64,000 bases of DNA. It comes from Chloroflexota bacterium. Its GTDB lineage: Bacteria; Chloroflexota; Dormibacteria; Aeolococcales; Aeolococcaceae. Below are positions 1 through 11,821 of the stretch, in pieces. Position 1 is the first letter of the stretch. Every line of letters starts with the position of its first letter. Where the stretch lies: contig VBIQ01000005.1 of the NCBI GenBank assembly GCA_005880985.1, forward strand, positions 350,059 to 414,058. The letters run 5' to 3'. Position numbers and translations under genes: made by a program. A model generated the notes under the pieces. That model did no database searches. It worked only from the letters and a program-made list of their open reading frames with translations, and was not told the origin of the DNA.

Positions 1-935
1 GCGGTCGGCGCCAGCGCCGGGAAGGCGACGTCGCAGGTGCCGTCCTCGAAGCGCTGGGGGCAGCGCGGTGCGAAGCTGCAGCCGGGCGGCAGGTTGAGGG
101 GATGTGGCACCGTGCCCTTGATCACATCGAGCCGCCGGCCAAGCTTGTCGGGCGAGGGGATGGACGCCAGCAGACCCTGGGTGTAAGGGTGCTGGGGAGC
201 GGCGAACAGCTCCTCCACGGGAGCGCGTTCCACCACCTTGCCGGCGTACATCACGGCGACGTCATCGGCGACCTCGGCGATCACCCCGAGGTCGTGGGTG
301 ATCATGATCACCGCCATGTTCTCGCTCTCCTTGAGCCCCTTCATCAGCTCGAGGATCTGCGCCTGGATGGTGACGTCGAGGGCGGTGGTGGGCTCGTCGG
401 CGATCAGCAGCTTGGGGTTGCAGGCCAGCGCCATGGCGATCATCACCCGCTGCCGCATGCCACCCGACATCTGGTGCGGATAGTCCTCGGCACGCTTCTC
501 AGGAGAGGGGATGTCGACTCTGCGGAGCAGGTCAACGGTGCGGGTCCGTGCCGCATCGTCGTCCAGTCCCAGATGACGCTGAACGGTCTCGGCGATCTGG
601 TCACCGATGCGGAACACCGGATTGAGGGAGGTCATCGGCTCCTGGAAGATCATCGCGATCTCGTTGCCGCGGATGTCCTCCATCTCCTCCTCGGAGAGCT
701 CGAGCAGGTTGCGGCCCTCGAAGCACACCCGCCCGGCCACCACCCGGCCGGGCCGGCTGAGCAGCTGCATGATGCTCAGCGCGGTGATGCTCTTGCCGCA
801 GCCCGACTCGCCGACCAGGCCGAGGGTGCGCCCCGCCGCCACCGAGAGGGTGACGCCGTCGACCGCCTTGACCACCCCGTCGTTGGTGAAGAAGTGGGTG
901 CGCAGCCCTTCGACGTCGAGCAGCTCGTTGTCCAT
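1..935 (-). CDS. oppD: Oligopeptide/dipeptide ABC transporter ATP-binding subunit (3' end runs off window)
   Basis: Absent from the ORF track. Read manually from ATG at 935 (TGATG overlap with upstream stop): [28 protein letters not shown]...GESGCGKS (Walker A)...MSGGMRQRV...[10 protein letters not shown]...HPYT. Confidence 0.93.
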   Translation of the reverse strand, partial: MDNELLDVEGLRTHFFTNDGVVKAVDGVTLSVAAGRTLGLVGESGCGKSITALSIMQLLSRPGRVVAGRVCFEGRNLLELSEEEMEDIRGNEIAMIFQEPMTSLNPVFRIGDQIAETVQRHLGLDDDAARTRTVDLLRRVDIPSPEKRAEDYPHQMSGGMRQRVMIAMALACNPKLLIADEPTTALDVTIQAQILELMKGLKESENMAVIMITHDLGVIAEVADDVAVMYAGKVVERAPVEELFAAPQHPYTQGLLASIPSPDKLGRRLDVIKGTVPHPLNLPPGCSFAPRCPQRFEDGTCDVAFPALAPT

Positions 936-1891
936 CAGCGCTCCAGCGAGCGAGGGTCGAAGGCGTCTCGCAGCGCGTCGCCGATGTAGTTGAAGCTGAG
1001 AACGGTGATCAGGATCAGCAGTCCCGGCCACAGCGCGAAGAAGAACCCGTTGGGATGAGCGAGCGCCTGGTAGCCGTCGTGGAGGAGGCTCCCCCAGGTG
1101 GCGGTGGGAATGCCGATGCCCTGGCCCAGGAAGGACAGCGCCGACTCCAGCAGGATGGCCTGGCCGATGGTCAGCGAGGCGCTGACCACGATCGGCCCCA
1201 GCGCGTTGGGAATCAGGTGCCGCGTCAGGATCCGGGCCCGCGAGGTGCCCACCGCCCGGGCTGCCTCGATGAACTCCTTCTCGCGGGCGCTGAGGACCAC
1301 CGAGCGGACGATGCGGGCGGTGTACGGCCAGGAGATGATGCCGATGCCGATCACGATGGTCTGGATGCTCTGGCCGAACGACTTGGCGAACACCACCAGC
1401 AGCAGGATGCTGGGGATGGCCAGGATGGCGTTGATGATCGCGGTGGTGGCGCTGTCCACGATGCCGCCGAGAAACCCGGAGAGCGCGCCGAAGAAGGTGG
1501 CGATACCGATGGTCAGCAGCATGGCCAGGCCGCCGACGGTGAGGGAGATCCGGCCGCCCGACAGGTTGCGGAAGAGAAGGTCGCGACCGATGTCGTCGGT
1601 GCCCAGCAGGTGTCCCTGCTGAAACGGCCCCAGCTGGGCGTTGACGGGGTCGACGGCGCCCCCCAGCGAAGGCTGATGGCGAAGGTCGGCCACCCAGCTC
1701 ATGATGTACGGGCCGAGGGCGCACGCGAGGGCCAGCACCGTCAGCGCGATGATCCCCGCCACCGCCACCTTGCGTGCGCGGAAACGGCGCCAGACCAGCG
1801 AGTAGTAGCCGATCTCCGAGGTCGTCTCGAAGTCGATCGCCGGAGCGGCGGGCGCTCCTCCGGGCTGCAGGATGACTGGGGTGGTGGTCAT
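935..1891 (-). CDS. oppC: Peptide ABC transporter permease (OppC/DppC)
   Basis: [10 protein letters not shown] motif, EAARAVG (EAA loop), terminal [11 protein letters not shown]. Confidence 0.92.
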   Translation of the reverse strand: MTTTPVILQPGGAPAAPAIDFETTSEIGYYSLVWRRFRARKVAVAGIIALTVLALACALGPYIMSWVADLRHQPSLGGAVDPVNAQLGPFQQGHLLGTDDIGRDLLFRNLSGGRISLTVGGLAMLLTIGIATFFGALSGFLGGIVDSATTAIINAILAIPSILLLVVFAKSFGQSIQTIVIGIGIISWPYTARIVRSVVLSAREKEFIEAARAVGTSRARILTRHLIPNALGPIVVSASLTIGQAILLESALSFLGQGIGIPTATWGSLLHDGYQALAHPNGFFFALWPGLLILITVLSFNYIGDALRDAFDPRSLER

Positions 1892-2922
1892 CAGCGCGAG
1901 GTCTCGTAGGAGATGCGCGGATCAGCCCACGTGTACGCGATGTCGGCGATCAGGTTGCCGATCACCACGAAGACGCTGAGCAGCAGCACGATCCCCATCA
2001 GCGTCGCGTAATCGTTGGCCTCGGCCGCCTGGTCGAAGAGCAAGCCCATGCCCGACCAGCTGAAGACGACCTCGGTGACGACCGCGCCGACGAAGAGGAC
2101 GGGGATGTCCAGTCCCATCAGAGTGATCAGCGGTAGCAGGGAGTTGCGCACCGCGTGGCGCCCGATCACCCGTCGCTCGGCCAGTCCCTTGGCCCGGGCG
2201 GTGCGGATGTAGTCCTGGTTGAGCACCTCGAGCATGGCGCTGCGCATGTAGCGCGCATAGACCGCGATGCTCTGCACCGCCAGCACCATCACCGGCAGCA
2301 CCAGGTGCCAGGCCAGGTCGAGAGGATGTTGACCGGATTCCAACCCGGTGGTGTGGATCCCCCCCGCCGGAAAGATGGTGGCGAAGCCGTGGCTGTGGGG
2401 AAAGATGGCGAAGACGTAGATGAGGATCGAGCCGAACCAGAAGTTGGGCAGCGAGATCCCGAAGAAGGAGGCGCTGGTGACGAAGTTGTCGAGCTTGCTG
2501 TACTGGCGGACCGCGCTGATGATGCCGACGGGGATGGCGATCACCAGGGTGACGACGTAGGCGGTGCCCATCAGCACCGCGGTGTTGGGCAGGCGGAGGC
2601 TCATCAGATGGGCGACGGTGTCGTGGAAGGTGACGGAGTCACCGAGGTCTGGCGGTGACGGGCCATGGGGCGGCCAGCCCCACCAGCTCCAGAACGGCTT
2701 GAGGAAGTTGGTCAGGAAGATCCAGTACTGATAGAGGAAGGGCTTGTCGGCGCCGAACCGATGGATGATGTTGAGCCGGTCGGCGTCGGTGAGGTTGGGC
2801 CGCGCCAACAGCTGCGCGTAGGGCTTCTCGGGTAGCGCCCAGAGCAGCGCGTAGACGACGAAGGTGATGGCGAGGACGGTCAGGGCGCCGAGGAGCAACC
2901 GCTTGACGACGTACTTCCACAT
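1891..2922 (-). CDS. oppB: Peptide ABC transporter permease (OppB/DppB)
   Basis: YVVKRLL N-terminus, [26 protein letters not shown]. Confidence 0.92.
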   Translation of the reverse strand: MWKYVVKRLLLGALTVLAITFVVYALLWALPEKPYAQLLARPNLTDADRLNIIHRFGADKPFLYQYWIFLTNFLKPFWSWWGWPPHGPSPPDLGDSVTFHDTVAHLMSLRLPNTAVLMGTAYVVTLVIAIPVGIISAVRQYSKLDNFVTSASFFGISLPNFWFGSILIYVFAIFPHSHGFATIFPAGGIHTTGLESGQHPLDLAWHLVLPVMVLAVQSIAVYARYMRSAMLEVLNQDYIRTARAKGLAERRVIGRHAVRNSLLPLITLMGLDIPVLFVGAVVTEVVFSWSGMGLLFDQAAEANDYATLMGIVLLLSVFVVIGNLIADIAYTWADPRISYETSR

Positions 2923-3051
2923 CGGCGGCGAATCCTTCTCTCACACCTGCCCGTGCTCGCTCGGCTCCCCCCGGGGTCACGGGTCGGGCGCCGAGTATAG
3001 CCTGCCTCCGGACGATTGGCCGAATTCCGGCTGAATACGGCCCACAGACGG

Positions 3052-3081
3052 GCAGGCCCGGGGTCGTAGCCCCGGGCCTGC
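3052..3081 (-). terminator. Stem-loop 3' of the substrate-binding gene (terminator or mRNA stabiliser)
   Basis: Perfect 12-bp inverted repeat GCAGGCCCGGGG-tcgtag-CCCCGGGCCTGC; no U-tract on the minus strand. Confidence 0.6.
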
Positions 3082-3131
3082 TGGTTGTTCTGTGGGTGCC
3101 CAGCCCGCCTCTCACGGGTGGGGGAACGTGC

Positions 3132-5066
3132 CTAGCCCTGGCAGACACCTCCGGTGCAGTACCAGTCCTCCGGATGCATCATCCAGATGATGTCGTTGCG
3201 CTTGAAGCCCTGCAGCTTGGTCGTGTAGGTGTTGACCGTCTGCTGCTGGTAGAGCGGGAGGTCGGGTAGGTCCTGGGCCAGGATCAGGTCGATCTGGCGG
3301 TAAAGGCTGGCCCGCTTGCTCAGGTCGACCACCTTGCGGGCCTGATCGAAGAGGCTGTCCACCTGCGGGTTGTTGTAGCCGGTTCCGTTCTGTCCCTGAC
3401 CGTGGTTGGCGGCCGAGGGGATCTGGTTCTCGCTCGGGCAGGTGCCTCCACAGTCGGCGTGGTACTCGGTGAAGTAGGTGTCGGCCTCGGCGGGCGTGCT
3501 GTCGGTGTTCGTGTACATCGCCATGTCGAAGGTGTGGGTGTAGAGGACGCCACCGTCAGAGAAGGAGCCGAAGAGCTTGCCCGACTTGACGTTCTTGTAC
3601 GGGGTGTTGACGTGGATCCCGATCGCCGCGAGGTCGGCCTGGACCAGCGGCTCCGCGTTCTCGCGGACCTTGTTGCCGGCGGTGGTGGCCAGGTCAAGGT
3701 TGATGCAGGTCCCGTCCTTGAAGGCGCGGGTGGCGCCGCCGTCGCACTTGGGATCCTTCTTGTAGCCGGCGTCGTCGAGTAGCTTGTTGGCAGCCGTCAC
3801 GTCGTACTTGGTGTGACCGGCCTTGGGATCGCGGGCGTACTCGTTGCCCAGGTAGAACCAACTGTCGTCGGGGACGGTGGTCAGCCCGGCGGCCAGGCTG
3901 GAGACAATCTGGTCGCGGTTGATGCCCGTCAGGATCGCCTTTCGGATGCTCTTGTCTTCCAGGTAGGGGTTGATCTTCGCGCCGGGGCCGCAGAGCCCCT
4001 TGGCATTGCCGCATATGTTGAGGTCGATGTGCTCGGCGCCCGAGTCGGGGACCACCTGGACCTTGATCTTGCCGTTCTTGGCCTCGGTGTTGAGGTCGTT
4101 GATGAATCCGAGCCGGTAGTCGAGGCCCATGTCCAGCTCACCCGCCTTGACCGAGTTGAGCATCGAGCTCACGTCGGCGGGGAACTTGTAGGTGATCTTG
4201 TCGAGGTAGGGGCCACTGTGGTGCCAGTAGTTGTTGTTGCGCACCTCGACCATCGACTGGGTCGGCGTGTAGCTCTGGAAGACGAATGGGCCGGTGCCGA
4301 TGAAGATCTTGTCCAGGGTTGCGGTGCCCTTGAAGGCGTCGGGGTTCTTCGATCCCACTGTCAGGTCCACCGTCACCGGCGTCTTGGCAAGATCGGTGCC
4401 GGCGTTGAGGATCTGATCGAGCTCCTTGGCGGGCAACAGCTCGCCGATGACCGTGCCGAGGGTCAGGTAAGGCGCGTACACCTCCTTGAAGGTGACCACC
4501 GCCTGGGTCTTGCTGGTCTCGTCGCAAGCGATGACCTTGTCCCAACCGCTCGTGCTCAGAATGGCAGTGGGATTCTTGTCCTTGAACTTGAGCCAGAAGA
4601 ACTGGAAGGTGCTGCAGACGTCGTGCGAGGTGAAGGTGCTGCCGTCGTGCCAGGTCACGTCACCGCGCAGCTTGTAGGTTACGCACATGGCGCCACCGTG
4701 CGGACAGCCCGAGGTCTTGACGTCGCCGTTGCTGGTGGTGGGAACCTCGGTGGCCAACGCCGGCACGTAGTAGTCGGCGATGGTCTTGGCGGCGGTCGTC
4801 TCATCATTGGACCTCAGGTCGAAGAGCCCGTCGAACATCGGCGCCTCCTGGGCGCACGCATGCTGCATGCTGTCCAGGGTCTGACAGGCGAGGGTGCTGG
4901 TCTGCTCCTGCCACGATCCGATGGTGAGCGTCCCGCCCTTGGCGGCCGCGACGGTCGCCGAGGATGATGACGTGCCCCCGCCTCCGCCGCCGCCGCACGC
5001 AGCTGCGATCAGGGTCGCGACGGCGGCGAGGCCGAGGGCGCGATGGCGGATCGACACTGATCTCAT
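3132..5066 (-). CDS. oppA: Peptide ABC transporter substrate-binding lipoprotein (family 5)
   Basis: Start moved to ATG 5066 (MRSVSIRH...LIAAAC lipobox). TYKLRGDVTWHDG..FTSHDV, IGTGPFVF, and RKAILTGINR motifs. Confidence 0.9.
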   Translation of the reverse strand: MRSVSIRHRALGLAAVATLIAAACGGGGGGGTSSSSATVAAAKGGTLTIGSWQEQTSTLACQTLDSMQHACAQEAPMFDGLFDLRSNDETTAAKTIADYYVPALATEVPTTSNGDVKTSGCPHGGAMCVTYKLRGDVTWHDGSTFTSHDVCSTFQFFWLKFKDKNPTAILSTSGWDKVIACDETSKTQAVVTFKEVYAPYLTLGTVIGELLPAKELDQILNAGTDLAKTPVTVDLTVGSKNPDAFKGTATLDKIFIGTGPFVFQSYTPTQSMVEVRNNNYWHHSGPYLDKITYKFPADVSSMLNSVKAGELDMGLDYRLGFINDLNTEAKNGKIKVQVVPDSGAEHIDLNICGNAKGLCGPGAKINPYLEDKSIRKAILTGINRDQIVSSLAAGLTTVPDDSWFYLGNEYARDPKAGHTKYDVTAANKLLDDAGYKKDPKCDGGATRAFKDGTCINLDLATTAGNKVRENAEPLVQADLAAIGIHVNTPYKNVKSGKLFGSFSDGGVLYTHTFDMAMYTNTDSTPAEADTYFTEYHADCGGTCPSENQIPSAANHGQGQNGTGYNNPQVDSLFDQARKVVDLSKRASLYRQIDLILAQDLPDLPLYQQQTVNTYTTKLQGFKRNDIIWMMHPEDWYCTGGVCQG

Positions 5067-5241
5067 GCGCGTCTCCCATGCCCGTCGGCCGTGGGCCGGC
5101 CAGTCCTCGGGCGGGGCAATTCTGCTGAGCCGCACCCCCTCCTGCATCCCCCGTCAGGATGATTTTTCCCGGCAGCACTGAGCGCCGGCGGTGGCGCTGG
5201 AAGGGCTGCCGTATACTCGGCGGGCCCGGCGACGGGACGAA

Positions 5242-7842
5242 ATGAAGATGGAGCGCCTGCCCCGCCTGCACCGGCTGGACCCCCAGCGGCGCTTCCGAGA
5301 CCGGGTGCTCGCCGCCCTGCTGGTGCTGGCAATCGCCCCCCTGGCCGCGTTCGTCGTCATCGTCGCCGTCGAGCTCGGCGGCGTCAGCCAGAGCACCGTC
5401 GACCAAGCCCACCAGGCGATCCTCCAGGACCAGGCGGTGCGCGAGCAGGCGCAGGTGGCGCGCCCCGCCCTCGACCTGGACGTCCGGCTGGCGGCGATCA
5501 GCGGTGCGGTGAGCAAGGTGCGCGATGCCACAGCGGCGGCCATCGCTCGCCAGCCGGTCCAGGCGGCGGCGCTGAGCTGGCCAGCGGCGGGGCACGGCGG
5601 GGCCGTCTACTCCTCGTCCGCCGACTCCGCGACCACGGTCATCGTCGGCGCCTCGAGCCGCATGCTGCAACCGGGACCCTCCGACCAGGCCGCCCGCGCC
5701 GTCGCCGCCGACGCCTCCCTGGTCCCGGCGATGCACGCGACCCTTTCAGACCCTGCCATCGACGCCGTCTGGGTCGCCAACAGGGCCGATCAGTTCGTCC
5801 GCACCGTCCCGGCCATCGATGCGCCGAAGGCGATCGACTCCGGCCGGCTCAGCGCCCAGTTGCCGCTGGGAAAGGGCGGTGATTCCGTCCTGTCCACCTC
5901 GCAGCTGTCGCACATGCTGGTCGGTGCCCAGCTGTCACAGGCGTGGAGCAGCCCCGACCGTCCCGGACTGCATCGCGCCGCCAACGCCTTCTGGACCGAT
6001 TCCTACCTGACGCTGCAGAGCGGCCAGCAGGGGGTCACGGTCTGGATCGCCGCCGACGACGACACCACCGTCGGCGCCGACATCAACATCGACCGGCTGA
6101 CCCAGGCACTGCTGCCACCGTCGGTCTCCGGCGAGCGCGACTCCTATCCGCTGCTGCTGAGCAGCACCAACCGGATCCTGGCCGCCGATGCCGGCGGACA
6201 CGCATCGCGCGACTTCCGGCTGCCGCAGCAGTGGGCGGGAATGCCGCTGCCGACCGGACGCGACCAGGCCTTCGCCTCCGCCCTGCGCCAGGTGGAGGCC
6301 ACCGGGCGCGTCCAGCCGCTGCGCACCACCATCGCCGGCGTCGACCGCGAGCTCTTCACCGCGCCCGTGTACAGCTCGCGGTGGGTGCTGGTGAACTCGG
6401 TTCCCGTGGCCGACCTCGAACCCGACGTCGCCGGTTTGTCGCGCGGTATCCAGGCGGGGATCCACGGCATCCTGATCGCGGTGGTGCCGCTGGCGGTGGC
6501 GCTCTGCGCGCTCGCGCTGCTGCTGGCGACGCTGTTGTCGCGGCGGCTGGTGGCACCGGTCCGTGCCCTGACCGTCGCCGCCGAGCGGCTCGCCGAGGGT
6601 CACACCGACGAGGCGGTCCCGCAACAGGGCGAGGACGAGGTGGGCCAGCTGTCGCAGTCGCTGGAGCGCATGCGGCGGGAGATCAACGCCTCGCGCGATG
6701 CCATCCTCGCCGCCGCGCGGCAGCTCGAGCAGCGTGTCGCCGACCGCACCGCCGAGCTGCGCTCACGCAACGAGGAGCTGGTCGCCCTCAACGAGCTGGC
6801 GGGATCGCTGACCCGCTCGCTGGACCCGTCCACCCTGCTCGAGGGAGCGGTGCGTGCGGTGCGCGCGGTGCTTCCGGTGGTGGCCGCGGCCGGGTACGTG
6901 CTCGACGACGGCATACCCAGTCTCGCCGCCAACGCCGGCGCCACCGACGTCGTCGACCTGGCGGATCAGCTCGCCGGCGCTGCCGCCGCCGCGGTCGGCG
7001 CCCACGACCTGCTGGTGCGCGACACCCCGATCGGCACCCTCATCGGCCTCCCGCTGGAGACCAGCGAGGGCGCGCTGGGAGCACTGGCGGCGGTGACGCC
7101 GCGGTCGGCCCAGATCGACGATCGCACCCGCGGACTGCTGCGCGCCGTCGCCAACCAGGTCGGGTTGGCGCTGCGCACCGCCCAGCTGTCCGACGAGGGT
7201 CGCGAGCTCGCCGTGCTGGCGGAGCGCACCCGCCTGGCACGCGAGATCCACGACACCCTGGCGCAGCAGCTGACGGCCATCGTCATCCAGCTGGAGGCGG
7301 CAGAGGCCTTCGTCGAGCGCGACCAGGGACGCGCCGGCAGCGTGGTGGTGGCGGCACGTGACCTGGCTCGGTCGGCGCTGCAGGAGGCGCGGCGGTCGGT
7401 GTGGAACCTGCGTCCCGCTCCCCTGGAGGAGACCGGGTTGGTGGCCGCGCTGACTCACGAGGCCCAGCGCTGGCAGGGGCGCACCGGCATCGCCACCACC
7501 GTTCGCACCCAGCCGTCGCACAGCCCGCTGGCGCTGCGGCCACAGGCCGAGGTCGCGCTCTTCCGCATCGTCCAGGAGGCCCTCAACAACGTCGCCCACC
7601 ACAGCGGTGCGCGGCGGGTCGAGGTCAGCATCGAAGAGCGGGACGGCTGGCTCGAGGTCACCGTCAGTGACGACGGACAGGGCTTCGACCTTGCCACCAG
7701 CCGGCCCGATCGCTTCGGTCTGGTGGGGATGAGCGAGCGAGCGCGACTGGCGGGCGCCGAGCTCGAGGTGGAGAGCCGTCCCGGAGGCGGCACTCGGGTG
7801 ACCGCCCGGATGCGTCTGGCGGAACCGGTGGCGGTGGCATGA
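5242..7842 (+). CDS. Membrane sensor histidine kinase (extracellular sensor, HAMP, GAF-like, HisKA_3, HATPase)
   Basis: Two TM segments, EDEVGQL HAMP, ERTRLAREIHDTLAQ H-box, QEALNNVAHH, DDGQGF, FGLVGMSERA. Start approximate; TATACT at 5212. Confidence 0.9.
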   Translation: MKMERLPRLHRLDPQRRFRDRVLAALLVLAIAPLAAFVVIVAVELGGVSQSTVDQAHQAILQDQAVREQAQVARPALDLDVRLAAISGAVSKVRDATAAAIARQPVQAAALSWPAAGHGGAVYSSSADSATTVIVGASSRMLQPGPSDQAARAVAADASLVPAMHATLSDPAIDAVWVANRADQFVRTVPAIDAPKAIDSGRLSAQLPLGKGGDSVLSTSQLSHMLVGAQLSQAWSSPDRPGLHRAANAFWTDSYLTLQSGQQGVTVWIAADDDTTVGADINIDRLTQALLPPSVSGERDSYPLLLSSTNRILAADAGGHASRDFRLPQQWAGMPLPTGRDQAFASALRQVEATGRVQPLRTTIAGVDRELFTAPVYSSRWVLVNSVPVADLEPDVAGLSRGIQAGIHGILIAVVPLAVALCALALLLATLLSRRLVAPVRALTVAAERLAEGHTDEAVPQQGEDEVGQLSQSLERMRREINASRDAILAAARQLEQRVADRTAELRSRNEELVALNELAGSLTRSLDPSTLLEGAVRAVRAVLPVVAAAGYVLDDGIPSLAANAGATDVVDLADQLAGAAAAAVGAHDLLVRDTPIGTLIGLPLETSEGALGALAAVTPRSAQIDDRTRGLLRAVANQVGLALRTAQLSDEGRELAVLAERTRLAREIHDTLAQQLTAIVIQLEAAEAFVERDQGRAGSVVVAARDLARSALQEARRSVWNLRPAPLEETGLVAALTHEAQRWQGRTGIATTVRTQPSHSPLALRPQAEVALFRIVQEALNNVAHHSGARRVEVSIEERDGWLEVTVSDDGQGFDLATSRPDRFGLVGMSERARLAGAELEVESRPGGGTRVTARMRLAEPVAVA

Positions 7843-8456
7843 TCCGGGTGCTGGTCGCCGATGACCATCCGGTGGTGCGCCATGGGCTCTGCACCATGCT
7901 CGAGATCGAGGACGACATTGTGGTGGTCGGCCGCGCCGGCGACGGCGAGGAGGCGGTGGAGCAGGCGCGGGAGACCCACCCCGACATCATTCTCATGGAC
8001 GTGCAGATGCCCAACGTCGACGGCATCGAAGCCCTCCGGCGCATCCGCGCCGAGGACCCCGGCGCGCGGGTGATCGTGCTGACCACCTACCGCAACGAGG
8101 ACTACATCTTTCCCTCGCTGCGCGCCGGCGCCCGCGGTTATCTGCTCAAGGATGCCTCCCGCCAGGAGCTGGCGGATGCCATCCGTGCCGTGGCCCGCGG
8201 CGAGTCGCTGCTCGACCCCGCGGTGGCCGAGACGGTCAACAACGCCGACCGCCGGCACGACACGCTGACGGCACGAGAGCTCGAGGTGCTGCGGTTGATG
8301 GCCGACCAGCACAGCAATGCCCAGATCGCCGAGAAGCTGTTCGTCAGCGAGAACACCGTCAAGACACACGTCAGCAACATCCTTGCCAAGCTGGGTTGCG
8401 CCGACCGGGCCGCCGCGGTGCTGACGGCCTGGAAACGACACCTCATCGCCGAATAA
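7839..8456 (+). CDS. NarL/LuxR-family response regulator
   Basis: ADDHPVVR receiver, LMDVQMP, LTARELEVL...SENTVKTHVSNILAKL HTH; ATGA overlap with the kinase. Confidence 0.93.
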   Translation: MIRVLVADDHPVVRHGLCTMLEIEDDIVVVGRAGDGEEAVEQARETHPDIILMDVQMPNVDGIEALRRIRAEDPGARVIVLTTYRNEDYIFPSLRAGARGYLLKDASRQELADAIRAVARGESLLDPAVAETVNNADRRHDTLTARELEVLRLMADQHSNAQIAEKLFVSENTVKTHVSNILAKLGCADRAAAVLTAWKRHLIAE

Positions 8457-8525
8457 CCCGCGGCGGGCGGCGGCGCTGGAACCTGAAGGGTTCCCCTGCC
8501 GCGCTGCACTAGACTTGCCAGCACA

Positions 8526-9821
8526 ATGACAGCTGTCCGCGTCGGGCTGCTCGGACTGGGCACGGTGGGGTCGCAGGTGGCGGAGCGACTGAGCCGGGAG
8601 GCCTTCGTCACCGAGCGCGCCGGCGTGCCGGTCGAGCTGGCCCGCGTCCTGGTGCGCGACCTGAACAAGCCCCGCGCATACGCACCGCCGCGGGAGCTGC
8701 TGACGACGGCTCCCGAAGAGATCCTGGACGACCCATCGATCGCGGTGATCGTCGAGGTGATGGGGGGAATGGAACCCGCGCGCAGCCACATCGAACATGC
8801 CATCGAGTCCGGCAAGGCGGTGGTGACCGCCAACAAGGAGGTGATGGCCCATCACGGCCCGACCCTGCTGGAGCTGGCCAAGGCTCGCGGCGTCGATGTC
8901 TACTTCGAGGCCGCGGTCGGCGGCGGCATCCCTTTGATCAGCACCTTCAAGATCGACCTGCTCGCCAACGAGATCTCCCGCATCGAGGCGGTGATCAACG
9001 GCACCACCAACTTCATCATCGACCGCATGGCCCGCGACGGCGTCGGCTTCGACGCCGCGCTGGCCGAGGCTCAGGCGCTGGGATACGCGGAAGCCGACGC
9101 CACCTATGACGTTGAGGGATTCGATGCCGTCTTCAAGCTCTGCATCATGTCGTCGATCGCGTTCCGCACCCGTATCCACCCCGCCGAGGTGTACCGCGAG
9201 GGCATCCGTGACCTCGACCCGGTCGACTTCGCCTATGCGGCCGAGCTGGGATATGCCATCAAGCTGCTCGCCCAGGCGCGGGCCGACGGCGACGAGGTGG
9301 AGGTGCGTGTGCACCCCACCTGCGTTCCCACCAGCCATCTGCTCGCCGCCGTCCACGGCGCCTACAACGCGGTGCTCATCGAGGGCGACCTGGTGGGGCC
9401 GGTGCTCCTCTACGGGCAGGGTGCCGGCGGGCGGCCCACCGCCAGCGCGGTGGTGGGCGACATCATCGACCTGGTGTTCTCGATGCGCAAAGGCATCAGC
9501 AACCGCATCGCCGTCGATTTCTCGCGGGCTCCGCGACGGCGGCCGATGGACCAGGTACGCACCGCCGCCTACCTCCGCCTCCACGTCGCCGACCGCGCCG
9601 GGGTGCTGGCCGAGGTCACCCGGGTGCTGGGCGAGCTGGGCATCAGCATCTCCTCGATCGTGCAGAAGGCGCTGATCGTCGAGCACGCCGCCGCCGAGCT
9701 GGTCATCCTCACCCACCCCGCCCGCGAGTGCGACCTGCTCGCCGCGCGGGAGCGGCTCGCGAGTCTCTCCTCTGTCTATGCCGTCCCCGCCTTCCTGCGG
9801 GCGCTGAGCGAGGCGCGATGA
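8526..9821 (+). CDS. hom: Homoserine dehydrogenase with ACT domain
   Basis: [41 protein letters not shown]-terminal DRAGVLA ACT. Confidence 0.95.
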   Translation: MTAVRVGLLGLGTVGSQVAERLSREAFVTERAGVPVELARVLVRDLNKPRAYAPPRELLTTAPEEILDDPSIAVIVEVMGGMEPARSHIEHAIESGKAVVTANKEVMAHHGPTLLELAKARGVDVYFEAAVGGGIPLISTFKIDLLANEISRIEAVINGTTNFIIDRMARDGVGFDAALAEAQALGYAEADATYDVEGFDAVFKLCIMSSIAFRTRIHPAEVYREGIRDLDPVDFAYAAELGYAIKLLAQARADGDEVEVRVHPTCVPTSHLLAAVHGAYNAVLIEGDLVGPVLLYGQGAGGRPTASAVVGDIIDLVFSMRKGISNRIAVDFSRAPRRRPMDQVRTAAYLRLHVADRAGVLAEVTRVLGELGISISSIVQKALIVEHAAAELVILTHPARECDLLAARERLASLSSVYAVPAFLRALSEAR

Positions 9822-10909
9822 GCAGCCTGGTCGAAGGATCGCCCGGCGCCGCCACGCCGGCGCATCCCGGGGTCATCCCCCGGTACGCCGGCCGCCTGCC
9901 GGTCACCGATGCCACCCCCCGCATCACCATGAACGAGGGGGGCACCCCCTGCATCGAGTCGCGCGTCATCGCCGGTCAGCTGGGACTGCGCTCGCTGCAC
10001 TTCAAGTACGAGGGGCTCAACCCCACCGGCTCGTTCAAGGATCGCGGCATGGTGGTGGCGGTGGCGAAGGCGCTGGAGGCGGGCAGCGAGGCGATCGTCT
10101 GCGCCTCGACGGGCAACACCAGCGCCTCGGCCGCCGCCTACGCCGCGCGCTTCGGGTTGCGTGCCATCGTCGTCGTCCCCTCGGGCAAGATCGCCCCCGG
10201 CAAGCTGGTGCAGGCCCAGGTGTACGGGGCCAAGGTTCTGGCCATCGACGGCAACTTCGATCGCGCTCTCGAAGCGGTGCGACAGCTCTGCGAGCGCTAT
10301 CCGGTGACCCTGGTCAACAGCGTCAACCCGCACCGCATCGAAGGGCAGAAGACCGCCGCCTTCGAGATCGTCGACGAGCTCGGTGACGCTCCCGAGGTGC
10401 TCGCCATCCCCGTCGGCAACGCCGGTAACATCACCGCCTACTGGAAGGGATTTCGCGAGTACTACGCCGACGGCATGTGCAGTCGCCTGCCGCGGATGAT
10501 CGGCGGCCAGGCGGAGGGCGCCGCCCCGATCGTCCACGGCCAGGTGGTGGAGCGTCCGCGCACAGTGGCGACGGCGATCCGCATCGGCAACCCCGCCTCC
10601 TGGGGCGGCGCGGTGGAGGCGCGCGACCAGTCGGAGGGGTTGATCGACGCCGTCAGCGACGGCGAGATCCTCACCGCGCAGCGCTGGCTCGCCTCGTCGG
10701 AGGGCATCTTCGCCGAGCCCGCGTCGGCGGCGTCGCTGGCGGTGCTCGCCAAGTCGGTGCGCAGCGGGGCGGTGGCGCCGAGCGTGCGGGCCGTCTGTGT
10801 GCTCACCGGCAGCGGCCTCAAGGACCCGGAGGCGGCGCGCAAGGACCTGCCGCCGCCCGTGCGGGTCGACGAGGACGCGGAGAACATCGCCCGCCTGCTG
10901 AAGCTCTGA
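9818..10909 (+). CDS. thrC: Threonine synthase
   Basis: [13 protein letters not shown] (PLP lysine), [24 protein letters not shown]; start at ATG 9818 overlapping the hom stop. Confidence 0.95.
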   Translation: MSSLVEGSPGAATPAHPGVIPRYAGRLPVTDATPRITMNEGGTPCIESRVIAGQLGLRSLHFKYEGLNPTGSFKDRGMVVAVAKALEAGSEAIVCASTGNTSASAAAYAARFGLRAIVVVPSGKIAPGKLVQAQVYGAKVLAIDGNFDRALEAVRQLCERYPVTLVNSVNPHRIEGQKTAAFEIVDELGDAPEVLAIPVGNAGNITAYWKGFREYYADGMCSRLPRMIGGQAEGAAPIVHGQVVERPRTVATAIRIGNPASWGGAVEARDQSEGLIDAVSDGEILTAQRWLASSEGIFAEPASAASLAVLAKSVRSGAVAPSVRAVCVLTGSGLKDPEAARKDLPPPVRVDEDAENIARLLKL

Positions 10910-10921
10910 GCTGCTCTCCCC

Positions 10922-11821
10922 ATGCGCGCGCGCATCGCCGTCCCCGCCACCGTCGCCAACCTCGGCCCCGGGTTCGACGTGCTCGCCCTCGCCTTGGAGC
11001 TGCAGAACGAGGTCGAGGTCGAGCAGACCGGCGAGCGCGGAACCAGCGTCGACCCCGGGCCCGGAGCGCCGCCGGAGCTCCAGGACCCGGGTCACAACCT
11101 GGTGGTCCGCGCCTACCTCCATGCCTGCGCGGCAATCGGAGTGCCGGGCAACGGTGTCTCGTTCCGCTGCGTCAACCGCATCCCGCTCCGCCGCGGCCTG
11201 GGCTCGAGTGCCGCCGCGGCGCTGGGCGGCGTGCTGGCAGCGGTCTCGCTCCACCGGCCGCCCTGGGACGAGAGCGCCATCCTGGAGCGCGTGGTCGAGC
11301 TCGAGGGGCATCCGGACAACGCTGCCGCGGCGCTGCTCGGTGGGTTGGTGATCGCCGCTCCGGGAGCCCCGCCAGTGACCATGCGGGTGCCCGAGGAGCT
11401 GCTCGCGGTGGTGTTCATCCCCGACCTCGAGCTGGCCACCGCCGAGGCGCGACGGGTGGTCGCCGAGAGCTTCAGCCGGGCCGATGCCATCTTCAACGCC
11501 GCGCGCTGCGCGCTGCTGATCCGTGCCATCGCCGAGCGCGACTACGGCTCCTTGCGCGATGCGATGCAGGACCGCTGGCACCAGCGGCAGCGGACCGAGC
11601 TGCTCCCGGCGCTGCCCGACCTGATCAGCGCCGCCCTCGACGGCGGCGCGAGCGGGGCGGCGCTGGCCGGCGCCGGGCCGTCGGTGATGGCGCTGACCTA
11701 CCGTGACCCGGAGCGGGTCCAGGAGGCGATGGCGAGCGCCGCCCGCCGGCACCAGCTGCGCGGCCGCAGCATCGTCAGCCGGGTGCGCAACTGGGGCGCA
11801 CGCGTCGACGTGGGCATGTGA
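10922..11821 (+). CDS. thrB: Homoserine kinase
   Basis: PATVANLGPGFD, PLRRGLGSSAAA (GHMP), EGHPDN, AGAGPS. Confidence 0.95.
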   Translation: MRARIAVPATVANLGPGFDVLALALELQNEVEVEQTGERGTSVDPGPGAPPELQDPGHNLVVRAYLHACAAIGVPGNGVSFRCVNRIPLRRGLGSSAAAALGGVLAAVSLHRPPWDESAILERVVELEGHPDNAAAALLGGLVIAAPGAPPVTMRVPEELLAVVFIPDLELATAEARRVVAESFSRADAIFNAARCALLIRAIAERDYGSLRDAMQDRWHQRQRTELLPALPDLISAALDGGASGAALAGAGPSVMALTYRDPERVQEAMASAARRHQLRGRSIVSRVRNWGARVDVGM